Positions 26,171-38,927 of a stretch of DNA of 64,000 nucleotides are shown here, piece by piece (position 1 is the first letter of the stretch; each line of letters starts with the position of its first letter). The notes below the pieces were generated by a model. It was not told the origin of the DNA. It did no database searches and saw only the letters and a list, made by a program, of their open reading frames with translations. Source of the stretch: Macrostomum lignano (taxonomy: Eukaryota); the NCBI GenBank assembly GCA_002269645.1, contig NIVC01002724.1, positions 56,461-120,460 on the forward strand. The letters run 5' to 3'. Both the position numbers and the translations under genes were made by a program.

Positions 26171-29100
26171 CACAGACACACAAACAAGCAACAGGAACAG
26201 ACTCCACCAGATAATCAATAAATTAAGAGCACAACAAATTAGCCAATAGCAAGTAGCAGCACACAGACCAGTTGCCCATAACAGTGTAAGGGCTGGTCAG
26301 TCTCAGTGGGCACCAGTTCAATGTGGCCAGTGTGACCACCTGGCAGAGGGCCTGCGGCTGGGCGGACACTTCAGATGCGCCGCCACTCAACTTGACAGCT
26401 TCAAAGAAGCCGGCCTGAGGAGTGAGAAAGCTGGGCGACTGGCCCACACTGAGGTCTAAAAACATAATTTTTTATTTCTTTTTAGAGTTCTTTTATTCTT
26501 TAAATTTTAACTTTTATAATTTTTACGAGTAGCAGATAAACAAAAAATGTGTCTATTGTTTTTAAGACTTTGCTTTGACCAACAAATTGGTTTCGAGTAC
26601 AATGCTCACGGTAATTAGATGGCAACTGGTCTGTGTGCTCAATTAAACAAAATAAATATAAATTAACACCATGTAAATTAAAATGCGTTAGTATGTGTTT
26701 ACTACTTGATTAGTCAAGTTAAATCACTAGAAAATATTATTAGCAACGTTTAGCAATGAAGATTACTAAAACAACTTCATTATTTTTATTGATACATAGG
26801 TTTTTATCTACTTAGACTGTCTTATAAATCTGTCACTGATTCTTATCTACCTGCCCTGTAATTACGAGCTATATATCTGATATCTGATATAATTTTCTAT
26901 CTACCTGGTATCTACCTGCCCTGTAATTATCTACGTGTTATCTACTTGCCCTGTAATTATCTACGTGTTACCTACTTGCCCTGTAATTATCTACGTGTTA
27001 TCTACCTGGTATCTACCTGTCCTGTAATTATCTACGTGTTATCTACCTGGTATCTACCTGCCCTGTAATTATCTACGTGTTATCTACCTGGTATCTACCT
27101 GCCCTGTAATTATCTACGTGTTATCTACCTGGTATCTACCTGCCCTGTAATTATCTACCTGATATCCATCTGCCCTGTAACTATCTATCTATATCTGCCC
27201 TGTAACTATCTATCTATATCTGCCCTGTAACTATCTATCTATATCTGCCCTGTAACTATCTATCTAGATCTGCCCTGTAATTATCTATCTACCTGCCCTG
27301 TAATTAATGATGCCGATCTACCGAGTCTCGGGTTGTATAGGAAAGCAAATAGCAAATTTCTACTACTCCGAATAAAAAATCTCACCAATTATAATTGCCA
27401 ATAACGGCAATTGGTTGAGACTGTTTGCACCAGTCCACAGGCTGCTGCAACACAGTCTGCATTAAGCATTGCTTATTAACGTTATAATGATCGATAATGC
27501 TACGCCCGTTACCGACAGTGGGCGGAGAGTCGACTATCTCAAAACTGCCAACCTGTGGCACCAGATTAAGCGGATTTGAGCCGGGCTGATAGTCTGAGAG
27601 GCGAGAATATCATGGATATATATATATATATGTATTGCATCATTTGATAAAATACACTCACCCTACTAACAGTAGTGAAAAATCAAATCAAGGCATTGCA
27701 AAAATTCACGACGCCACAAAACCAGAATGTTTCAAAATTTGACTTCTCGGTGTATTCAAGTTTAAATTTGTAGGTCAAAGCATAGCCTTAAGTAAGTTGA
27801 ATTAAGTTACATTAATTTATGTTGAAACTGTTACAGTCATGGGATAGGGATTCTGCAACTATGGGACTGGGATTCTGTAGTTATGGGATTGGGATTCTGC
27901 AGTCATGGGATTGGGATTCTGCAACTATGGGATTGGGATTCTGTAGTCATGGGATTGGGATTCTGCAGTTATGGGATTGGGATTCTGCAGTCATGGGATT
28001 AGGATTCTGCAGTTATGGGATTGGGATTCTGCAGTTATGGGATTAGGATTCTTCAGTTATGGGATTGGGATTCTGCAGTTATGGGATTAGGATTCTTCAG
28101 TTATGGGATTGGGATTCTGCAGTTATGGGATTAGGATTCTGCAGTCATGGGATTGGGATTCTGCAGTTATGGGATTAGGATTCTGCAGTCATGGGATTGG
28201 GATTCTGCAGTTATGGGATTAGGATTCTTCAGTTATGGGATTGGGATTCTGCAGTTATGGGATTAGGATTCTGCAGTCATGGGATTGGGATTCTGCAGTC
28301 ATGGGATTGGGATTCTGCAGTTATGGGATTGGGATTCTGCAGTTATGGGATAGGGATTCTGCAGTTATGGGATTAGGATTCTGCAGTTATGGGATTAGGA
28401 TTCTTCAGTTATGGGATTGGGATACTGCAGTTATGGGATTAGGATTCTGCAGTCATGGGATTGGGATTCTGCAGTTATGGGATTAGGATTCTGCAGTCAT
28501 GGGATTGGGATTCTGCAGTTATGGGATTGGGATTCTGCAGTTATGGGATTGGGATTCTGCAGTTATGGGATTAGGATTCTTCAGTTATGGGATTGGGATT
28601 CTGCAGTTATGGGATTAGGATTCTGCAGTCATGGGATTGGGATTCTGCAGTTATGGGATTAGGATTCTGCAGTCATGGGATTGGGATTCTGCAGTTATGG
28701 GATTAGGATTCTGCAGTCATGGGACTGGGATTCTGCAGTCATGGGATTGGGATTCTGCAGTCATGGGACTGGGATTCTGCAGTTATGGGATTGGGATTCT
28801 GCAGTTATGGGATTGGGATTCTGCAGTCATGGGACTGGGATTCTGCAGTTATGGGATTGGGATTCTGCAGTCATGGGACTGGGATTCTGCAGTTATGGGA
28901 TTGGGATTCTGCAGTTATGGGATTAGGATTCTGCAGTCATGGGACTGGGATTCTGCAGTCATGGGACTGGGATTCTGCAGTTATGGGATTGGGATTCTGC
29001 AGTTATGGGATTAGGATTCTGCAGTCATGGGACTGGGATTCTGCAGTTATGGGATTAGGATTCTGCAGTTATGGGATTGGGATTCTGCAGTCATGGGATT

Positions 29101-32100
29101 GGGATTCTGCAGTCATGGGACTGGGATTCTGCAGTTATGGGATTAGGATTCTTCAGTTATGGGATTGGGATTCTGCAGTTATGGGATTAGGATTCTGCAG
29201 TCATGGGACTGGGATTCTGCAGTCATGGGACTGGGATTCTGCAGTTATGGGATTAGGATTCTGGAACTATGGGATTGGGATTCTGCAGTTATGGGATTAG
29301 GATTCTGCAGTCATGGGATTGGGATTCTGCAGTCATGGGATTGGGATTCTGCAGTCATGGGATTGGGATTCTGCAGTCATGGGATTGGGATTCTGCAGTT
29401 ATGGGATTAGGATTCTGCAGTCATGGGATTGGGATTCTGCAGTCATGGGATTGGGATTCTGCAGTCATGGGATTGGGATTCTGCAGTCATGGGATTGGGA
29501 TTCTGCAGTCATGGGATTGGGATTCTGCAGTTATGGGATTAGGATTCTGCAGTTATGGGATTAGGATTCTTCAGTTATGGGATTGGGATTCTGCAGTTAT
29601 GGGATTAGGATTCTGCAGTCATGGGATTGGGATTCTGCAGTCATGGGATTGGGATTCTGCAGTTATGGGATTGGGATTCTGCAGTTATGGGATAGGGATT
29701 CTGCAGTTATGGGATTAGGATTCTGCAGTTATGGGATTAGGATTCTTCAGTTATGGGATTGGGATTCTGCAGTTATGGGATTAGGATTCTGCAGTCATGG
29801 GATTGGGATTCTGCAGTTATGGGATTAGGATTCTGCAGTCATGGGATTGGGATTCTGCAGTTATGGGATTGGGATTCTGCAGTAATGGGATTGGGATTCT
29901 GCAGTTATGGGATTAGGATTCTGCAGTCATGGGACTGGGATTCTGCAGTTATGGGATTAGGATTCTGGAACTATGGGATTGGGATTCTGCAGTTATGGGA
30001 TTGGGATTCTGCAGTCATGGGACTGGGATTCTGCAGTTATGGGATTAGGATTCTGGAACTATGGGATAGGGATTCTGCAGTTATGGGATTGGGATTCTGC
30101 AGTTATGGGATTAGGATTCTGCAGTCATGGGACTGGGATTCTGCAGTTATGGGATTAGGATTCTGCAGTTATGGGATTGGGATTCTGCAGTCATGGGATT
30201 GGGATTCTGCAGTCATGGGACTGGGATTCTGCAGTTATGGGATTAGGATTCTTCAGTTATGGGATTGGGATTCTGCAGTTATGGGATTAGGATTCTGCAG
30301 TCATGGGACTGGGATTCTGCAGTCATGGGACTGGGATTCTGCAGTTATGGGATTAGGATTCTGGAACTATGAGATTGGGATTCTGCAGTTATGGGATTAG
30401 GATTCTGCAGTCATGGGATTGGGATTCTGCAGTCATGGGATTGGGATTCTGCAGTCATGGGATTGGGATTCTGCAGTCATGGGATTGGGATTCTGCAGTT
30501 ATGGGATTGGGATTCTGCAGTTATGGGATTGGGATTCTGCAGTTATGGGATAGGGATTCTGCAGTCATGGGATTGGGATTCTGCAGTTATGGGATTGGGA
30601 TTCTGCAGTTATGGGATTAGGATTCTGCAGTCATGGGATTGGGATTCTGCAGTCATGGGATTGGGATTCTGCAGTCATGGGATTGGGATTCTGCAGTCAT
30701 GGGACTGGGATTCTGCAGTCATGGGACTGGGATTCTGCAGTTATGGGATTAGGATTCTGGAACTATGAGATTGGGATTCTGCAGTTATGGGATTAGGATT
30801 CTGCAGTCATGGGATTGGGATTCTGCAGTCATGGGATTGGGATTCTGCAGTCATGGGATTGGGATTCTGCAGTCATGGGATTGGGATTCTGCAGTTATGG
30901 GATTGGGATTCTGCAGTTATGGGATTGGGATTCTGCAGTTATGGGATTAGGATTCTGCAGTCATGGGACTGGGATTCTGAAGTCATGGGACTGGGATTCT
31001 GCAGTTATGGGATTAGGATTCTGGAACTATGGGATTGGGATTCTGCAGTTATGGGATTAGGATTCTGCAGTCATGGGATTGGGATTCTGCAGTCATGGGA
31101 TTGGGATTCTGCAGTCATGGGATTGGGATTCTGCAGTCATGGGATTGGGATTCTGCAGTTATGGGATTGGGATTCTGCAGTTATGGGATTAGGATTCTTC
31201 AGTTATGGGATTGGGATTCTGCAGTTATGGGATTAGGATTCTGCAGTCATGGGATTGGGATTCTGCAGTCATGGGATTGGGATTCTGAAGTTATGGGATT
31301 GGGATTCTGCAGTTATGGGATAGGGATTCTGCAGTTATGGGATTAGGATTCTGCAGTTATGGGATTAGGATTCTTCAGTTATGGGATTGGGATTCTGCAG
31401 TTATGGGATTAGGATTCTGCAGTCATGGGATTGGGATTCTGCAGTTATGGGATTAGGATTCTGCAGTCATGGGATTGGGATTCTGCAGTTATGGGATTGG
31501 GATTCTGCAGTTATGGGATTGGGATTCTGCAGTTATGGGATTAGGATTCTTCAGTTATGGGATTGGGATTCTGCAGTTATGGGATTAGGATTCTGCAGTC
31601 ATGGGATTGGGATTCTGCAGTTATGGGATTAGGATTCTGCAGTCATGGGATTGGGATTCTGCAGTTATGGGATTAGGATTCTGCAGTCATGGGACTGGGA
31701 TTCTGCAGTCATGGGATTGGGATTCTGCAGTCATGGGACTGGGATTCTGCAGTTATGGGATTGGGATTCTGCAGTTATGGGATTGGGATTCTGCAGTCAT
31801 GGGACTGGGATTCTGCAGTTATGGGATTGGGATTCTGCAGTCATGGGACTGGGATTCTGCAGTTATGGGATTGGGATTCTGCAGTTATGGGATTAGGATT
31901 CTGCAGTCATGGGACTGGATTCTGCAGTCATGGGACTGGGATTCTGCAGTTATGGGATTGGGATTCTGCAGTTATGGGATTAGGATTCTGCAGTCATGGG
32001 ACTGGGATTCTGCAGTTATGGGATTAGGATTCTGCAGTTATGGGATTGGGATTCTGCAGTCATGGGATTGGGATTCTGCAGTTATGGGATTAGGATTCTT

Positions 32101-35100
32101 CAGTTATGGGATTGGGATTCTGCAGTTATGGGATTAGGATTCTGCAGTCATGGGACTGGGATTCTGCAGTCATGGGACTGGGATTCTGCAGTTATGGGAT
32201 TAGGATTCTGGAACTATGGGATTGGGATTCTGCAGTTATGGGATTAGGATTCTGCAGTCATGGGATTGGGATTCTGCAGCCATGGGATTGGGATTCTGCA
32301 GTCATGGGATTGGGATTCTGCAGTTATGGGATTGGGATTCTGCAGTTATGGGATTAGGATTCTGCAGTTATGGGATTAGGATTCTGCAGTTATGGGATTG
32401 GGATTCTGCAGTTATGGGATAGGGATTCTGCAGTCATGGGATTGGGATTCTGCAGTTATGGGATTGGGATTCTGCAGTTATGGGATTAGGATTCTGCAGT
32501 CATGGGATTGGGATTCTGCAGTCATGGGATTGGGATTCTGCAGTTATGGGATAGGGATTCTGCAGTCATGGGATTGGGATTCTGCAGTCATGGGATTGGG
32601 ATTCTGCAGTTATGGGATTGGGATTCTGCAGTTATGGGATTAGGATTCTGCAGTCATGGGACTGGGATTCTGCAGTCATGGGACTGGGATTCTGCAGTTA
32701 TGGGATTAGGATTCTGGAACTATGGGATTGGGATTCTGCAGTTATGGGATTAGGATTCTGCAGTCATGGGATTGGGATTCTGCAGTCATGGGATTGGGAT
32801 TCTGCAGTCATGGGATTGGGATTCTGCAGTCATGGGATTGGGATTCTGCAGTTATGGGATTGGGATTCTGCAGTTATGGGATTAGGATTCTGCAGTCATG
32901 GGACTGGGATTCTGCAGTCATGGGACTGGGATTCTGCAGTTATGGGATTAGGATTCTGGAACTATGGGATTGGGATTCTGCAGTTATGGGATTGGGATTC
33001 TGCAGTTATGGGATTAGGATTCTGCAGTCATGGGATTGGGATTCTGCAGTCATGGGATTGGGATTCTGCAGTTATGGGATTAGGATTCTGCAGTCATGGG
33101 ACTGGGATTCTGCAGTCATGGGACTGGGATTCTGCAGTTATGGGATTAGGATTCTGGAACTATGGGATTGGGATTCTGCAGTTATGGGATTAGGATTCTG
33201 CAGTTATGGGATTGGGATTCTGCAGTTATGGGATAGGGATTCTGCAGTCATGGGATTGGGATTCTGCAGTTATGGGATTGGGATTCGGCAGTTATGGGAT
33301 TAGGATTCTGCAGTCATGGGATTGGGATTCTGCAGTCATGGGATTGGGATTCTGCAGTCATGGGATTGGGATTCTGCAGTCATGGGATTGGGATTCTGCA
33401 GTTATGGGATTGGGATTCTGCAGTTATGGGATTAGGATTCTGCAGTCATGGGACTGGGATTCTGCAGTCATGGGACTGGGATTCTGCAGTTATGGGATTA
33501 GGATTCTGGAACTATGGGATTGGGATTCTGCAGTTATGGGATTAGGATTCTGAAACTATGGGATTAGGATTCTTCAGTTATGGGATTGGGATTCTGCAGT
33601 TATGGGATTGGGATTCTGCAGTTATGGGATCGGGAGTCTGCAACTATGGGATTAGGATTCTGGAACTATGGGATTGGGATTCTGCAGTTATGGGATTAGG
33701 ATTCTGCAACTATGGGATTAGGATTCTGAAACTATGGGATTAGGATTCTGCAACTATGGGATTGGGATTCAGCAGTTATGGGATTAGGATTCTGCAACTA
33801 TGGGATTAGGATTCTGCAACTATGAGATTGGGATTCTGCAGTTATGGGAGCAAGCTCTTAGGAGACATGACGCTTAATATATTATGTAACAAGCATTAAG
33901 GTAAATTAAAAAAAGATTTTATATTGTCAAAAACAGATTGACTTGAATATTATCTTACTCTGAAAATTGTCGCTATAAGGCAGAGGAAAGGGCTTCGATG
34001 GCGGAGGCTGAGAACGCTGGCCTTTAGTTGCCGTAGCAACTGTCGATAGAGTTACGACAACGTCAACATCGAGGAACAGAGTCAGTTGTCCAGATTTTAC
34101 CTGAATTTGAGATTAATTTGTTCTAATTACTGCTCGGGAGGGGTAGAGGTTGCCTGGTTAATGTACGTTGGGGCTGATTGGCTCGGGAGGGGTAGAAGTT
34201 GGCTGGTGGATGCACATTGGGGCTGATTGGCTCGGGAGGGGTAGAAGTTGGCTGGTGGATGTACATTGGGGCTGATTGGCTCGGGAGGGGTAGAAGTTGG
34301 CTAGCGGATGTACACTGGCTCTGATTGGCTCGGGAGGGGCAGAAGTAGGCTATCGGATGTACATTAGGGCTGATTGCTTTGATCTTTTGATAATAAAATC
34401 AAACTACTTTTCTCACCTGCAACGGACTCTGTTTAACAAAATAACTCGACGAAACGCCTTTCTTATAGCTAAGAACGGACTTCCAATAATAAAGCTGAGT
34501 GATAGAAGCAAATGCGCCAGCCAGTTTGATGGTGACATTCTGCGGCTTCACAGTGTAAGGCGGCAGTGACGGCCTAATGCACTCGGAATGATCGTGACTC
34601 TGTGGGAAAATGAAATAGCAGTAATTATTATTGACTTGTTCTTTAATAAAGAGATAAATTTGCAAACTACTCTACTTAAATAGTCTTATAAGTACGGTAT
34701 CCCAAATATTTATGATCATTTTATGCTCAATAAAATTTTAAAGGGCAGGGTGTAGTACGAAAAAAATCTACATTGTTTCGCTTTTCAAATTTTAGATTAT
34801 CTTACAAGCAAACATAAACCTTAGAAATTTAGTCTTTTTGGATTAACGCTAAAAATCTTATAAAAATGTTTCAACTACACTACTGAATGACGCAAGTAGT
34901 GTACGTAACATTTTATTGCTCAAACTAGAAGTTGTAGCCTAGTGGTTAAAGCGTCGAACTCACGACTGAAAGGTCGGGGTTCGATTTCTCGACCTTACTC
35001 GGAACAATTTGTGTCCCTGAGCAAGCAGCTGTAAAATTGGTGCCAGCATTAGCTGGGCTAGGGTGTGTGTGGCGACCCCCCCCCCAGTCCTTGGACTGAA

Positions 35101-38100
35101 CAGCCGTACGCAGCTTTCAGATGCGCCGCGCAATAGCCGCAGCCTGAGCTGTCGGAACTTGCACAACTGCCCATTAGGACGGGTTTATTAAAAATTCTCG
35201 AAAGCTAAAAATTCAATTAAAATTACTAAAAAATAACGTTTTTAGCCTCACCATAGTCTCAAATATAATCGTCAACTGTTTAGTATTAGAATCGGTCAGT
35301 CCAACATAGCTGCCCCCGCTAGGCAGCCTGCCAGAACCGCCGCCAGCCGGTAGATAATACCAGCCCGGCAAAGCAAACTGACTAGTGTGGGCTGTCATCC
35401 AAAGCGGCCCAGTGACCTCGTAGTGACCCGACCAAGGCTCATTAGCGGTCATTAGCGAGCAGCGTGGGAATGGCAAATTATCATAATAAGCCGCCACAAG
35501 ATTCCAAGCAATGCTACTAGTCATGCCGCCATCAACAAAATTTCTATTAAGAATTCTGGCCCAGCAGCCGCTGCCGATGTCGTCATTGAATGTGCTGAAG
35601 TCTTCAGAGGCCCACAGCGGCTTGCCAGTACGTTTAGCTTCATTAGAGGACAAAGTACCCGGGTAGTGAGCGCCAAGTGCGAAGGTGGCAGCGGCGAACT
35701 GGGGATCATTAAGTACATCGTGCGCCGGTCCCCAATCGCCGTCGCCAACAACCAAACGGATGTTTTTAAAGCCGGCGTGATCTAAAACTGCCCTGAGCAG
35801 TCGGACGTACTCAACATCGTAGGCGCGCTCGTTCCAGATCTGTTAGTGAAAAATACAGAAATGTAACTATAGATCAGATTAAAATCTCCATTCGCAGATC
35901 CCCAGTAAATCAGATTGAAATCCCATTCACAGATCCCCAATAAATCAGATTGAAATCCCATTCACAGATCCCAATAAATCAGATTGAAATCCCAATTCAC
36001 AGATCCCCAATAAATCAGATTGAAAATCTCCATTCGCAGATCCCCAGTAAATCAGATTGAAATCCCATTCACAGATCCCAATAAATCAGATTGAAATCCC
36101 AATTCACAGATCCCCAATAAATCAGATTATAATCCCCATTCACAGATCCCCAATAAATCAGATTAAAATCCCAATTCACAGATCCCCAATCAATCAGATT
36201 GAAATCCCATTCACAAACCCTCAATAAATCAGATTGATATCCCTATTCACAGATCCCCAATCAATCAGACTGAAATCCCATTCACAGATCTTCAGGATAT
36301 ATTAACATTAAAACAAGGTTAAAGATAATATAAAAAATAAAACTTACACCAAGATAGTCTATGGTAAGGTTGTGATAATCCTTGGCTCCCTGAACCCATT
36401 TGAGCACGTACTTGGCGGTGAGGCTGGGATAATTGTAGGGACTTGAAGTGCCATTGCCAACCCAGCCAGGGAAGGCCCATGGCAGCCCATACAGCGTGAT
36501 GTTGGGATTTCGCTGTAAAAAGGTAGAGAAAATACAACAAAATGTAAGTTTTTTCATCCAAAAGTCAATTCTTGGTTACCTGAATTGGATTCATTAGTTA
36601 CCCAAATGGGATTCTTGGTTACCTGAATGGGATTCATTAGATACCCAAATGGGATTCTTGGTTACCTGAATGGGATTCATAAGTTACCCAAATGGGATTC
36701 TTGGTTACCTGAATTGGATTCATTAGTTACCCAAATGGGATTCTTGGTTACCTGAATTGGATTCATAAGTTACCCAAATGGGATTCTTTAGTTACCTGAA
36801 TTGGATTCTTAGTTTACTTGAGATTCTTAATTAATTAGGGTTCTTAAAAAATTAATTTAGCTAACTTACTTTTTTGGCTTCCTTCATCAGCCACCATTCA
36901 TATCCTCGATTATAGTTCAAATCCCAGCTATGATGCATGTGTGATGCCTCTGTGCCCTCAGTACTCTGCGAGTCGCCACCTATCTCAACTTTCAACATGT
37001 GCAATGAGGCACCAAAGTTGGGCTATAAAATGAAAAAATGTAGTAATATACAATTTACTTACTGAAAGTAGAAAAAACGAAGTTAATAATATAATTAATT
37101 TTTTAAAATCATGTTTTTTTATTTTTGATTGCTTACCAAGAAGAGGTAATCCAAAATTTGATCTCGCTGATTTTGTGGATAGTTTTGCAACAGTTTGGAT
37201 GTTGCCTAGAAACAAAAAATGGAATACCAATATGAATAGATAAATAATGCATACAAGTCTCTATGTAATTACATTAATATAACATTCAATACTATTTTCT
37301 GCATATTTATTCTATATATATCATAAAATAAAACAACATTTATCTCTATACATTATTAACTATTAAAAACTAGCTTTAGCAAACATATAGATAGAATTAA
37401 ATAGTAAATAAATAATTAAATAAAAATTAATAAATATTAATAATAATAAAATATTAATAAAAATTAATAAATATATAAATATATTAAATAAATATAAACA
37501 ATTAAATACATAATTAAATAATAAATTAAATAATTAAGTTAGACAACAATTAATTTTATTTCTTCTTTAAAAAAAGCATATAAATAAATATTTTATTAGA
37601 ATGATATAATTTTTTTATTTTAACATAAACTTATATTTTCTAAATTTAATTTCAATGCAAAAGTTTAGTATCAATGACAAATCTAATTAATAAATTAATT
37701 ATTAAATGTTAAATAATGTTAATGTTAAATAATTTCACTATTCATGCATCTATATATAAATAATATAACATGAACATGATGCCATAGTCTGGAAGGTGGC
37801 CTTTACACTGGAATTTTCTGGTGTATTTTTGCTCTCGCTGACAATCTTAGCATACACTTGGCATATAGAATTTTCAGGTTCAACATGAAGTGTACATAGT
37901 CGGCATACAAAAAATAGCCATGTTCAAGGCTAATGTAATTGTGTAGTGAAATATCAACCAACATAAAAGGGTCTTTAAAAATAATTGGAAACTAAAATAG
38001 AAAATATGAACACAATCACAAGAAAATCAAAATTAAAACAAAGAATATCAGTTTTTCGCAAAAACAGCTGTTTTAAAGTTAGTAAAAGTTTTGAGTTCCT

Positions 38101-38606
38101 AAAAATATATATTCATTAAAAAATGGCGTATAAACAATTTTAGTTTCAGAGTAAAATTTTTATTTTATTTTATGTCAGCATAAAATTGAAAAAAAACATG
38201 AATTTTCATTCTGGCGTAAAGCTGCCATGATCCGGACTATGGACATGATGTAACTTGGGAAGTTGAGTGATTAGATTGTAGTAAAGTATTTGGGCTTGTG
38301 TGTGGCCTATGCAATGGTTGTATAATGGGTACAGTGCTCTGTGCTAAAAATTAGCAATACAATTGAATAAATTAAATACTAAAAAATATAACAATATAGC
38401 CTTCCCTTCACCCTCCAGGTACAAATAAAGAAAAAACTTACACCTCCTCCACTGATGGCTCCAATGCCATAAAACATCGAGGCAGCATTTTTGATAACTG
38501 ATTCATCACTGATGCGAATCTTAGAGTTGAACTTGTTTTCAAAACTCAGATGGATACTGTGACCAGAAGCGAAAAATAGCGCCAAAAATATTACGGCTGA
38601 CTTCAT
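22781..38606 (-). CDS. GALC: Galactocerebrosidase (glycoside hydrolase family 59), spliced gene
   Basis: Phase-consistent GT-AG exons: 38606-38442 (signal peptide...GIGAISGGG), 37205-37137 ([10 protein letters not shown]...DYLFL), 37022-36870 ([17 protein letters not shown]...[13 protein letters not shown]), 36512-36348 ([17 protein letters not shown]), 35839-35252 (IWNER...SEDFST...GCWARILN...EPWSGHY...FETM), 34599-34417, 34100-33959, alternative 27593-27386 or 26455-26269, 25271-25102, 24979-24903, about 23047-22781 (acceptor weak). Catalytic WNE and SED motifs intact. Confidence 0.95.
23100..24880. repeat. Hairpin-containing minisatellite (TGATGCTTCAGTGAGTTGTCACT plus variable poly-C spacer) in the last GALC intron
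   Basis: About 50 units of about 29-42 bp. Confidence 0.95.
25402..26182. repeat. (CAGA)n/(CA)n compound microsatellite
   Basis: Direct inspection; explains the QTDR/CLSV ORFs. Confidence 0.98.
26269..26455 (-). CDS. GALC: GALC alternative exon 8B (paralogue of 8A)
   Basis: tttag|AC ... TG|gtctgt, 187 nt, open: [20 protein letters not shown]...[28 protein letters not shown]. Confidence 0.8.
26845..27305. repeat. Degenerate tandem repeat (TATCTACCTGCCCTGTAAT-based) between GALC exons 8A and 8B
   Basis: About 15 imperfect units. Confidence 0.85.
27386..27593 (-). CDS. GALC: GALC alternative exon 8A
   Basis: cag|AC ... TG|gtgag, 208 nt, open: [20 protein letters not shown]...[28 protein letters not shown]. 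Confidence 0.85.
27830..33848. repeat. 22-bp satellite (ATGGGATTGGGATTCTGCAGTT), about 6 kb, filling GALC intron 7
   Basis: About 270 copies; explains all MGLGFCS ORFs. Confidence 0.98.
34132..34380. repeat. 49-bp tandem repeat (GCTCGGGAGGGGTAGAAGTTGGCTGGTGGATGTACATTGGGGCTGATTG)
   Basis: About 5 copies; starts at 34132, 34181, 34230. Confidence 0.9.
34931..35160 (+). mobile_element. tRNA-derived SINE-like element (possible CORE-like body)
   Basis: A box TAGCCTAGTGG at 34935 and B box GGTTCGATTTC at 34978, followed by TGTGTCCCTGAGCAAG...TGTAAAATTGG; no complete cloverleaf. Confidence 0.55.
35870..36292. repeat. 34-36-bp tandem repeat (AAATCAGATTGAAATCCCATTCACAGATCCCCAAT) in GALC intron 4
   Basis: About 12 copies. 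Confidence 0.92.
36572..36815. repeat. 42-43-bp dimeric tandem repeat (GGATTCATTAGTTACCCAAATGGGATTCTTGGTTACCTGAAT) in GALC intron 3
   Basis: About 5.5 copies built from two related ~21-bp halves. Confidence 0.9.
37782..38242. mobile_element. MITE with 8-bp TSD in GALC intron 1
   Basis: TIR CCATAGTCTGGA / TCCGGACTATGG (one mismatch, further subterminal similarity); TSD ACATGATG at 37774-37781 and 38243-38250. Confidence 0.8.
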
Positions 38607-38927
38607 TTTAAATTTAATTTACTACTTCACAAGCTGAGAACTAGCACTATCACTACCACCTGATCACTGCCTATATATCTATGTAATGACAGTATGGGCT
38701 GATTCTCTTCTTCCTCGATCAGGAGTAATTAGGCAGTGACCACGAAGTCAAATTATTAGCCATTGTTATCTCATAGAAAATTTTTTTTGAGGTAAATACT
38801 TCTAAATATTAAATATAATTTTTTGAAAATTTTAAACGCTACAGGTACAATCTGCTTACGCTAAATCTAACAGTTCTTTGAAATGTTTGTTAATATGTTT
38901 GTACCTTCCGTAAACGTATTTAACTCT

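Noticed and set aside
34931-35000. tRNA gene
   Set aside because: A and B boxes are present but acceptor and anticodon stems do not close and there is no poly-T terminator; treated as a SINE head
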